From: Antedon mediterranea
Lineage: Eukaryota > Animalia > Echinodermata
Assembly (NCBI RefSeq): GCF_964355755.1
Contig: NC_092679.1
Location: 17,281,432-17,345,431, forward strand
Direction of reading: 5' to 3'
Length of the DNA stretch: 64,000 nt
Part shown: positions 1 through 12,100 of the stretch, piece by piece
How the letters are laid out: each line of letters opens with the position of its first letter
Numbering within the stretch: the first letter of the stretch is position 1
The notes under the pieces: generated by a model
Seen by the model: the letters and a program-made list of their open reading frames with translations, nothing else
Told to the model about the DNA's origin: nothing
The model's database searches: none
Program-made: the position numbers and the translations under genes

Positions 1-288
1 GTGTGGGTTACTATTGGAGTGTGGGTTACTATTGGAGTGTGGGTTACTATTGGAGTGTGGGTTACTATTAGAGTGTGGGTTACTATTAGAGTGTGGGTTA
101 CTATTAGAGTGTGGGTTACTATTAGAGTGTGGGTTACTATTGGAGTGTGGGTTACTATTGGAGTGTGGGTTACTATTGGAGTGTGGGTTACTATTGGAGT
201 GTGGGTTACTATTAGAGTGTGGGTTACTATTAGAGTGTGGGTTACTATTAGAGTGTGGGTTACTATTAGAGTGTGGGTTACTATTAGA
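1..288. repeat. 18-bp minisatellite (GTGTGGGTTACTATT[G/A]GA)n, ~16 copies, runs off the left edge
   Basis: Direct tandem copies with two variants (ttgga/ttaga); explains ORFs 1..315 and 14..301. Confidence 0.97.
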
Positions 289-1065
289 AGATTTACGGTA
301 GTTGTGGAAAAATGAACCATAATGGGATGATGGCGGCAATATTTGTTACTGTCCTCAATATAAAATGGATGGGAGAAAATGAATTGAAGATGGAAAAGAA
401 TGAATAGGTATGATGGGTACTGTACAGTACAGTAAAGAGAAGATACTGTACTGTAGTGTAATAATTTTCTAGACTAGATTTAAATAAAAATTGATAATTT
501 ATTGTATTTGGATTAATTAATTAATATTATTGGGTTCTTACAGTATACTGTACTGTAGATACACAGGAGGTATAACTGATTTTGTATTGTGAAATATGTA
601 TTTGTGGAAATCTATTATTATCAAACGATTTATTTTTTCAACAAAACAGTTGATACTATTTTTATAGAGTACCTCAAACAGCATAATAAATTATGTGAAG
701 AAAGTCCTACTGTAGGACTTGTTTCCTGTCAAGTGGATTTTTTTTTTCTGGGAAAAGAAAAAATTGTTGGGGGATTTCACCAATCATTTTACCAGACAGG
801 TTTTTTTGTAATTGGCCCCGATCGTCTGTTCACCCCTACAATCCAAATAAAAAGGCACAATATCAGAATTTTATGTTACAGTATATCAAATTACAGTTTT
901 ACCTGTCTGTTGTTGGATGTAATTTTAAGTTTTTTTTAAATTATAAATAATACGCTGCTGAAAAAAATATATAAACAAAATTATTAATATTATATTATTA
1001 AAATTATGAACAAAAATCATAAATATTAAAATTCAAAATGTTTTAGCTAGCTAGGCCAAATACAG

Positions 1066-2110
1066 ATCACTCCGGCCGCGCTTCACTCCGGCCGCGATTC
1101 ATTCCGGCCGCAGCTATGGAGCGCCCAATGAGTCTTTTACAACCGAGACAAGTTTTTTTGTAGAGAATCAAAATAAATATTTGTAATCATACAGTATATT
1201 TTTTCTCTTTCAGGATCACAACAACATCGCAAGTGTTTTAAATTAGGTCTAATGCTAAAACAAAATAATTTATGTGTTGTATCCAATTAAATGTAATAGG
1301 CTAGTATATTAATTGTAATGTGATTAATTAATGTAATTTATTGCAATGTACCCTATATGTCATATTATTGTTATCATATATAAATTAAAATATAAAATCA
1401 TTGTAAATTGGACTGTACAAAAATAATATATTAATTCTTGATACAATTCCAGGTAACATTAATTACACGGATATTTGATTATTTGAAATAAATAAATTAA
1501 TATTTTACATATTGTTATTAACTATAACAAACATCAATAATAATTGATTATTTGAAATAAATAAATTAATATTTTACATATTGTTATTAACTATAATTAG
1601 TAAGTATGGGTACTGGCAAGATAAAGTGTTATAAAAATAAGGGTTTTAACAAATTTTTAATGTTAATAAATGTAAAGCTATAAAAATAAATGTACATAGA
1701 AAGAAATTAAATAGTGTTAACTGTTATTCAAGCATTAATTAGACGGGTATTTGATTATTATTTTTTTATTGAATTTAATTAAGTTAAGTTTAGTTTGAAA
1801 GAAAAAGCAGTTCCAACTTCTTTGAATGTTATTGTTAATGAAAAAAGTAAAATTGTTGCTAATAAATATTCAACTAGTTCCATTTAAATTCACCAAGAAT
1901 TTGTTATAACACTGAACAGTATAGAAAACGTATATATGGGCGCTCCATACTAACGGCCCCTTTGCACAGGAAGTCGAATTGAATAGCGGCCGGAGTGCAT
2001 ATATATAGGTAACTTTATTCCAAAAAATGTAACAAAACCACGCACTGCCAGAGTGCATACCATCGCGCTAAACTGATACGGCGGCCGGAGTGAAGCGCGG
2101 CCGGAGTGAT
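1066..2110. mobile_element. Non-autonomous TIR element (MITE-like), ~1.05 kb
   Basis: Perfect 30-bp inverted repeats ATCACTCCGGCCGCGCTTCACTCCGGCCGC (1066-1095) and its reverse complement (2081-2110); AT-rich interior with a ~55-bp direct duplication near 1475-1595; no clear TSD. Confidence 0.8.
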
Positions 2111-2367
2111 TGGCTACCGCTAGGCCTAGGCTAGGCTACCTGTTAAAATATCACTTTTCTTAAGTAGGCCTTTTCACAGTCTCTATTTATTCTACATTAA
2201 TTTTAAAATCTTTTGCAATACTGCTAGGCCTTGTAGGTCCTACTGGGTGGGTGGTACCCAATCGTATTACCATGGAGTAAAGGGTATTACACTACACTCA
2301 CTCACTTCGAACTAGCAGACGACAATTTTCTAGGCCCCTAAAACTAACTATCCAGTCATTTACTTAC

Positions 2368-2413
2368 CGTTTGCTACGTTTTCTGTTGCTGTTGTTGGTG
2401 CTACATCAGCCAT
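2368..2413 (-). CDS. Probable first coding exon of an unidentified gene continuing off the left edge (MADVAPTTATENVAN-G...)
   Basis: aaaATGG start context at 2413, 46-nt open exon, consensus donor G|GTAAGT; divergent from the OPA3 ATG about 430 bp away. Confidence 0.6.
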
Positions 2414-2844
2414 TTTGTTTTTCTTTTTTCAATCCCACTTTTCTACTACGATATACAATGCTTATGGTACCCAAACCAAAAACAGGTACTACTGAATACC
2501 CACAAAATCGAATTTTAAAACGATCGAACATCTTCACACGATTTTCTCCTGTCATGCAAATTTCCCTCGCACGTTGTTTCTTTTCATTGAGGAGACAGAA
2601 GAGACATGACAAGGTCATCAAAAGTATAATTTTTTGGCATTAAATAAAATATTTAATACAAATAAAATATGGAATTATTATTAAAATGTGGTTTTCCTTT
2701 ATTATTAGTTATTGTTCTTATATTAAACATATTATTTATGAACGTAACGAATAAATGCATTAATATTAAAAACAATTTCATCATCCTCGACCTCATCACA
2801 CAAAAAAACAACAAAAACGGAGAGACTCACTGGTTTTTAAAAAA

Positions 2845-3700
2845 ATGGTTGCATTTCCGATGATAAAATTAGTCTCTTTGGCTATGAAACAAATTAGTAA
2901 ACCTCTTGCTAAACGTATTCAGGTTTCAGCAAAGAACAATAGTTTTGTAAGACGATATATATGTATGCCACCAGCTCAATGTAAGCCATTTCATTTTGTC
3001 AGGCTATCGTGACCTAGGCGTAATACCATATTTTGTTTTCTAGTGTTACACCATCCAAGACCATCGGCAGGTTATATCAGCAAATCAAAGTCAATTCGTA
3101 CCAATCAATTTAATGTAGGCCGATTCCGTCCCAGTGTTTTTAATTAAGTTTATATTAGGGGTTGCCCACTTTTAAGATGGTTGAAAAAAAATTAGTTGAT
3201 TTTTATATCCATTTTTTCCTGCAGCAATAAAAAAAAGACAATTTTAGGACAAACTTTACTTTATTCCAACTTTGTCATGAAAAGTCAAAGTGTTTACAGT
3301 GATTTTGTGTTTTAAAAAATGTTAGGTACTCTACATTGTCATTGTTGATCTGTTTATTTTTCTAGTACACCATTGGTTAGAAGTAAACTTAAAGATGAGA
3401 TCTCTAGGCCTAGGAAACCCAAAGAATGTAAAGCCTTTACCAGAAGAAGCTGCTGTAGAACTTGGAGCTGAGATGCTCGGTGAGGGCATCGTCTTTTCCG
3501 TGGCTGTTGGAACAATTGTCTTTGAATATTGGCGGCAGTCGAGGAAGGAGGAGCAAAAAGAGGACGTGCAAACAGAAGGAATTAGATCATTAAATGAACG
3601 AGTTTCAGAATTGGAAATATTATTAGAACAGCAAGATGCGAGGTTACGAGAAATGAACAGAATAGTTGTTGCGTTACCGTCCTCATCACCCAAAAAGTGA
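2845..3700 (+). CDS. OPA3: OPA3-like mitochondrial protein, 2 exons, ~156 aa
   Basis: Exons 2845-2980 and 3366-3700 (GT-AG, phase 1). MVAFPMIKLVSLAMKQISKPLAKRI...YICMPPAQ|LHHWLEV...KPLPEEAAVELGAEMLGEGIVF...EYWRQ matches OPA3 family motifs. Confidence 0.95.
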
Positions 3701-6123
3701 AGTGAAAGATTTAAACAAAACCTAAGGCTGTGTTCAGACTAGCGTATAAATCGTAAAGCGGGACGTGTTTGCACCAATTGTCAGATAATGTATACTGTAG
3801 CATTGATTTACAAAACAGAAATTTGAAAGAAACACAAAAACATATTAATATCCCGTTCTAAACAGTTAGAACATTTGCTGAATATGTTTTGAATCAATGA
3901 AATATAATTTAAAAATAGGATGATGAAATATAAATTTATAACAAAAGCAAGAACCAAGAGATGGTGGAAATTAAAGTTAGTTTAAATGGTGTGTACAGTG
4001 GTACTGTATATTGCAGACAATATACAGTAGTGCAGTTCAACAAATTTGCAATACAGAACTGTTGATGATGTGCTGTATTAGGGACTATTTTATGTAATAA
4101 AATATTTATAATAAACAATTTTGTAAATGTTGTCTGCATCATGTGTTTTTCATTTCAGCCATGTCACTCAAAATTTTTTTCTTGTATCTGTATTTATTAA
4201 AAACTTTAGACTTTAATCTATTTATAGAAAATTATTAAATAACCATGCTCATTTATACTGATTTTATGATTCGTGCATGACCGATTTCACTATAATAATC
4301 CATCAGGTAATATTGACCAGGTCAATGTTTAATGCAGCTTTGTGTGTGCAATGCCCAGGTCAGCATTACGTGACAGAGGTGTCAAAGTGACAATTTTTTG
4401 GGATATACTGTAGCCTTGTTAGACTTGGCCATTGTCTTTTTTTTTTATTTATTTGTTTTTATTTAGATTTTTTTCTGAAAATCAAGTAGTATACGTATGA
4501 AACGCCATATGTGCCAAAATATTTATCCGTTTTACTAATATTAAGACAGAACCCAGACTATAGCCTTGCCAATGGTTTGTTCAAACTAATAAATAATGGT
4601 ATGTTTGGAAGTATGACATTACAAAATGCCATTTTGATAAAATACTTTATAAAATAATATTTTCCCCATAAATTACTATTATTGTTACACTAACTAATAA
4701 TTAAAATAAAAAAATTAATTAAAATATTAAAATGTTTCTCATTTGGGGATGTGTATAGAATAGGGCTTGCTATAAAAACATGGAAATGGTGAGAGAGTAC
4801 CTTTGAAACAACACGTACTGACCAGAGGCCTAAACCGCTAATTATTAGATTATGAGTTCTTATACTATAAAACCCAATCAAGGGCTCCACATTGACACTA
4901 GTAATAAATATATGCAACAACTTCAGACAGACAATAGTTTCAACAAGTTCTGTCATTTTCCCACACAAATATTAGTTCCGTTTGAATTCATTGGAATTTT
5001 ATTGATTTTATCCAAACTCAATGTCAGACTAATTGAGGGAGCTATTTATTGGAGTACTGTATTTAGTGGTTTATGTAGAGGGCATTGGCTTTAATTCAAT
5101 TCGTCAATTCAAATTAATAAACCAGAATCTACTGCAAGGCCCATTTTGCATTTACTGTATGCAGACATAAAATATGCAAATGTGGTTTGTATTTGCATCA
5201 AAAAAGTAACTTTAAGGTCATCTAACTAGCTTACATGTGGGTATGCAAAGTAGTAGATGATGGAATATAAGGTCTAAACATTTGTTACTTCTACTTGGTG
5301 TAAAGAGCTACAGAAGTCCAGAAAAATCTGACCTTGTGAAGAGGTCATCTGAGGTCAAATTAGATGGAGCTAGAAAAAACTTAGGGCAGATGTCAAGATC
5401 TGTAAACAGAAAATTCCACATGAGACCAATCAATGAAAAAATACATTTTACAAAGTACAAAAAAAAAATGAATGTTACCATCAATCTTATTGGACAAAAA
5501 AGTGTGACATATATGGACATGATGATGTCATATCAATACCATATTTGTGCACATCACACTTTTTTGTCAAACTAGTTTGATAGTGTAGACAGGGCTTTAT
5601 GCATGGATGGATGGAGGTTATTAAAACTAGCATCAGTTATAACAATTTTTTGAAAAGATGGGGAATAAAAAAGGTCTCATGTGACCCAGATATATATATT
5701 AGGTTGGTTGGAATACTTTAGTTTTGGTAAAACTTCACACCACAAACATTCAATAGTCTCTGATAACACACAAAATGGTAAGAAATATATCTGCAAAAAA
5801 AATATTTAAAATATTATATTTACACATTGTTACCTCACTACATTGTATTACAACTTTGTTAAATGTCAGAAAATATATTTACAATTTCTACAAATTGATA
5901 AAATTCAAAATAGTTACAGAAGAAATTATGTACAAGTCTTGCATTATGGTTTCATATATGAAATGACTGTACAGATTTTCCAGGCTTATTTGCCATCTTG
6001 AATGAATGAAATGTTGCGAAACACGTCCATGCACCTTCCACTCTGCGTCAATAGCAGTATGAGAAACGTGGTGTTTGTTTTGCTTGGTTTTCAATCGGAG
6101 AGACTTGAGTAGGGTTCTCTTTA

Positions 6124-9100
6124 TCAATCAATGTTGGTTTTCATGAATTCTTGCAGAGCTACCAACCTTGCATCAATGTCAGACATCTCAGCAGTTCTGT
6201 CGTAATAATCATCTGTAGATAAATGAATTAACTGATTTATTTTTTTCATTTTATTTAAATTCAAACTCTACAACCACTTAAGGAATGGAATACATATAGA
6301 AATACGAGACAACATGAACATCGACAAAAGGAGATATATATGCCCATGATGATGATACTATATTTTGGCACATCACACTTTTTTGTCAAACTAGTTTTCT
6401 AATGAAAGAAAAATGTCCTAAATTACGCAAAAAATTAAATAAAACATTTTAAACCAAATAAATTATTTAAAACTGAACAATAAAGAATTAACACCACAAT
6501 AGTTAATTTAATGTCTTACATTTTCAAAGGCATTAAACATTTACATTATATTTATTTTAATAACTATCACCATACGTTACAGCATTGCCATAAGAACACA
6601 TAGAAAACAAATAAAACACAAAATATAAGTGTTTACAAAAAATGATATGAATATAACCAAAATCAGACTTTATTCATACAAAATTTATTATATAGTTTGG
6701 AACATATTTCATCATAATCAATAAATCAATCAATCGTTCGATTTATATAGCGCCATTCCAACATTCATTGCTCATGGCGCTGTAAAAAAAAAATCTGAAA
6801 AGGTGAGTTTTGAGTAATGACTTAAAGTGACTCAATAATGATGTGTGTTTAATGTTCAAGGGTAGCTGGTTCCAGAGCCTAGGTCCAGCAACACTGAATG
6901 TCCGATCTCCCCAACTACATTTTAATAGAAAGTGAAGCTCAAACCAAGAAACAGTGATAAACCATAGATGAAAAATGACCACATATTATTCCTTTAGGTT
7001 TTAAAAGCGTAAAATTGTAGACTTACCATGATAAGTTTTCCGTGTATTGCTTGTATCAGCAAGTGGCTTACGTAACCTTACGTGATCACTCTCTGGGTTT
7101 GGTGTACTCATTACTGTATTACTATGTTAAGTTTATTCCACATGTATACTGTCTCATGTAATACCTATACCCATCTATCAAATTTATGATAACTATAAGC
7201 AAAATATATATACCATGCTTAGAGTCTTTGATTACAATGAACTCTCTGTGTCCTTATTCTGATCTAGAGAAAATGGCAGCGATCTATCAAACACAAAATT
7301 AAACTGTTACAAAGAAATTGGTCAAAAAGCAAAAAAACATTTTTTAAATGGGGGTTAGCGCTATTATTATTATTATTATTACTATTATTAAAGAACAACT
7401 CGACTCGACACAATGAACACCGACGTATTTTTGCTCTGTTGTGTCTGGTTTATTTCATTTACTTTCTCGTTTACCCCAACACAATATCCCTTTAATGATG
7501 ATCACGAAGTGTTTTGGAGTGGTTATGGATGCAATTGTAACAACAATTTTTACCAATCTTTGTTCAAATACGTGAATTTTAGCACAATAAACCTAGGCCG
7601 GCAGAGCGAATTTCAAAGAATAGCATTACCGGTGTGTGAAAGGGTCTGTGTAGTCAGCTGTCCAGGTCAGTATGCAAATGTTAAATGGAGCCAAGTTGAA
7701 ATGGAATATACAAAGCGTTCTATGAACAACTTTGTGCAATATTTTTTCTACTATTTTACTGATGCAGTCTACATTCGATTTATTCTTGACGACGATTTTC
7801 ATCCGATACCATTTTATTATTCAAAATGTGCAATAACCAGCTGTCCAGGTCAATATGCACATGTTAAGTGGAACCAGGTAGAAATGGAACTTACACAACG
7901 TTCTATGAACAACTTTGTGCAATATTTTTTCTACTATTTTAATGATGCTGTTTACATTGACGACGATTTTCATCCGATACCTATTTATTATTCAAAATGT
8001 GCAATATCAATAACTGGCCTTACATCATTACAAGTACGAAAGAAATCGAAGGTTAAATTCCTTGGCAGGGCTGTGTCATACTATTCAAATTCGGTTAGTA
8101 CTCTACGTATTTGGTCTGTTGTACTTGGAGGGGACATAGAAGTCAATCCTGGCCCAAATGCTACTAATTCGAATAATAAAAGTAGCTCTTTAAAGGTGTA
8201 CTACCAAAACGTTCGTAGTGTAAAAAATAAAATAGAATCGTATAAATCGGAATTGTTTAGTCACATGTGCACAAGATACATAGACGTTGTAGCACTAACT
8301 GAAACCTGGTTAAATAACACTGTAATTGATTGTGAACTGTCTTTAGATGGCTTTAATCTATATCGCAGGGACCGGCAAGAGGACAAGAGAGGAGGTGGAG
8401 TTTTAATCTTAATTAACAACAAATACAGGTCGTGTCGTCTCATTAAGTTTGAAGATGAAAGTCAAGAACTAATGTGGGTTAAAATTCAACTGTCTAGAAA
8501 AAAATGTTTAATTATTGGTATATATTATCGCCCACCATCGGCACCTAAATCTCAAATCGATCGTCTCTGTGAGTCTATAAACAATGTGCAATATGAATTT
8601 CAGGGCTTCAATCATGACGTTATGTTATTAGGAGATTTTAATCTACCTGAGATAAAATGGCGTTTGAATAGTTATAATAAGTGCAATATTGTAGAATGTG
8701 AAGCTCCCGACAACTCTAATGGCAAATTTTTTATAGATAATATTTTACAGGGCAATAATTTTAATCAATTTGTATATTTTCCGACATGTGCCGATCACAC
8801 TCTTGATCTTGTCTTGTGCAATACTATATGCCATGAAGTTTCATCCGGTGAAGATATTTTCACTTCTGACCACTGTGCAATAAATTTTAAATATCCTATA
8901 GAGTTTAACAAACACCTTATCAATAATGACGATCGATTGTTACATAACTTTAAAAAACTTAACAAATTAGATTTTATACAAACGCTTTCTCCTATTCCTT
9001 GGCATTTACTTGATCTTGCCGTTGACATTGATGAGGCAGTTAATTTATTTTATGATTTTATTTTTGCTGCTATCAAAGATCTTGTCCCTGTTTTTAGACC

Positions 9101-12100
9101 TAAGAGAAAACTCCCACCATGGTTTGATAATGAGCTCTACACTGCTCTGAAATCTAAAGAATCATATTTTAGAGAAAAAAAACGTAATCCAAATAGGTTA
9201 AATATTGAAAATTTTCGATTTGCTAGGTCAAATTTTAAACGACTTTGTAGATTTAAGTATCGAACCTATGTTAATTCATTATGTTGTAATTTAAGTTGTA
9301 ATCCGAAACGTTTTTGGTCTTGGATAAAATCCTCAAGAAAAAATAATAATAACATCCCTTCAGAACTTCATTTTAATAATCAGTCAGCTTACACTGTAAA
9401 AGACAAAGCAAACTTACTTAATCAGTTTTTTTATTCTGTTTTTAGTCCTATTAACAACGATTTGGATATTCCTAATCTTCCTGAATATCCCATTGATTGC
9501 TTATCTAAACTTGAGTTTAATCAGGAGGTTATAGAAAAGCACATTAATGAAATTGATTCTCATAAGGCTTCAGGTAATGATGGTCTAAGTAATATTGTTT
9601 TGTCTTTAGCTGCCAAACCTCTTTCTTTCCCTTGTAAAATTTTATTTGAAAGATGCATTTCTGAGAAACGTTTTCCGATAAAATGGAAGCAAGCTAACGT
9701 GTGCCCTATCTTTAAAGCTGGTTCTAAATCTGATGTACGCAATTATAGACCGGTTTCATTGTTGCCAACTATTTCTAAAGTATTTGAAAAAATTGTTCAC
9801 GACCAAATTTTTAAACATATATCACCAGTTATTAGTGACCATCAACACGGATTTTACCCAGGGAGGTCTTGTGAAACAAATTTGTCTGTTCTGTTGTCAC
9901 ATGCGTATGACACAATAAATGCAAAAGGGCAATGCGAAGTTGTATATACAGACATGGCTAAAGCCTTTGACAGGGTCTCCCATAAGTTAATCTTGTTCAA
10001 ACTACAACAATTTGGTCTAAATCACGATTTAATTTTATTTTTTACAAGTTATTTATCGGACAGGTTTCAGAGAGTCACTTTTGATGGTAACACGTCTGAA
10101 TGGCTTCCAGTTTTATCTGGCGTGCCTCAGGGGTCTATTTTGGGGCCTCTTTTTTTCATTATGTTTATCAACGATTTTTCCTTTGTTCCTCGTCATTCTA
10201 ATGTTCTTATGTTTGCTGACGATTTTAAATTATTTAAGTCTATACAAACCTTAAATGATATGTTGTTGTTACAAGAAGACGTTGACAGACTCATTCACTG
10301 GTGCGACACTTGGAATATGTCAGTCAATGCCTCCAAATGCAAATCAATGTCTTTTACTCTTAAGAAAAATCCCATCTATTTTGACTTTTATATTAAGAAT
10401 ATTATACTTGAAAGAGTCTCTGTTCACAAAGACCTTGGTATTTTTTTAGATAGTTCATTAACCTTCTGTAAACATATTGATTTTATAGTCTCTAAATGCA
10501 ACAGACTTTTGGGCTTTCTTTGGAGACATTGCAGACATATTAACGATAAAAAGGCATTAGTTATTTTATACAAATCTTTAGTTAGGTCGAATCTTGAATT
10601 CTGCAGTGTTATTTTTAACTCTATTTCTCTTGCCCAGTCTTCTAGATTACAAAGTGTTCAGAACAAGTTTTGTCGATTTTATGTGCGTAAATTTGGTTCT
10701 ATTAGCAAAGACGTTCTTATTAATTTAGCGGGTAGGCGTAAGTTATTTGATTTAATTTTTCTTTTTAAGGCTGTGAACTCAATTTTCCATGGTAATTTTG
10801 AAGTGTACTTTCCTATTTCTGTTCCACAATATCAATTGCGTAATCCTGCTTTATTTTCTATATCAAGAGGGAGGGTAAATATTACTAAAAATGGTTTTGT
10901 TAATCGTTTGCCTAAGTTATACCACTCACTATGTAAAATTGATGGATCTGTTGATATTTTTTTTGATTCCCTTGCTTGTTTCCGTCACAAGGTTTTGTCT
11001 AATGTCAGTAATATTTAAATGTTGTCTTGTTATCTATTGATTTTTGCTTGTATATAATATGTTATATTTTACGACTTTCAACCCTGTTAATGGTGACGTT
11101 TGGTCACTGTAGGGTGATGATGAAATAAAATAAAAAATAAAAATTATAAATATAGATATTTATTATTAGGTAGCATGTTTTCGTTTTAAAAAACAAAGAG
11201 CTGTGCTCTGCATAGAATGTGATAGTTTCTTCAATTTTGTTCAATATGTTTTTGCATAAAATATTGCAGGTGTACAATATTCACTATACCTGGTCAAATA
11301 GTTGCTTTTCATCACCCGATTTGAATCACCTCCACCTCCCCTCACCTCCCACCCTAACACAACAAATTTGAAATGTGCTTTTATAAAGTATTAAAGGATA
11401 TCTCCTTGGCTTCGAAATACTGTTATTTTTCTTCCTTTGGTATACCTTAAAATAAAAGAAAATACAATTGTTTAAAGTACTGTATTGTAACAATACATTT
11501 CTAGTTCAACAAAATATTTAATTATCTAAAATGCATATTTTACATACCATGTTTGGGCTGTCCCAATACGATGTCCTACTAGGTTTTGACACACCAGGCC
11601 TTTTCCTATCATAATAAAAAAAAAGATTTGATAATTAGAAAGTATTGAAACTGAGTGGTGTTACACAGATGAGCGGTAACGTCAGTAAAACTTAGTAGCT
11701 TGTTGCACAGATGCATGTATCTATCCTGAACGGAAACCGCCATCCACGCTTCTGCTCTGTGCTGTGTGTAAATGGTCATAAGAAATAACTGAGATTCTAT
11801 ATTTTTATTACCATTACCGCTCGTCTGTGTAGACATGAAAGCTGAAAAACACATTTCCAAATCATACATACCTATTCTTACCCTGAGATGCATCTGAAAA
11901 GTAGTCGATATCACTTAATCCAGTAGAAGACCGACGATTACCTCGACTCTCAATTGAAGACGGTCTGTAATTCCTGCTACCTATAAATACGACAATATTC
12001 ATTTCATTCTATGATGTTTAAATACTTTAATGTTTTCAAAATTTATTATCAAAAAACAATTTAAATTTTTCATTAGTTGATAGTTAACCTACTCCCTCTA

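Larger units (their letters stand above)
7116..11401 (-). other. U12-type (minor spliceosome) AT-AC intron of CCDC61
   Basis: 5' site |ATATCCTTT (11401-11393), branch-like AAACTTAAC (7134-7126), 3' end TAC| at 7116, no polypyrimidine tract; the join keeps the frame into the conserved C-terminus. Confidence 0.8.

Noticed and set aside
1-315. ORFs 1..315 and 14..301, or a telomeric array (contains GGGTTA)
   Set aside because: Translations of an 18-bp minisatellite; not (TTAGGG)n
3331-3693. 120-aa minus-strand ORF
   Set aside because: Antisense shadow of OPA3 exon 2
11290-11401. Extension of the CCDC61 44-nt exon to a GT donor at 11289
   Set aside because: In-frame TGA before that donor; the ATATCCTTT site explains the boundary
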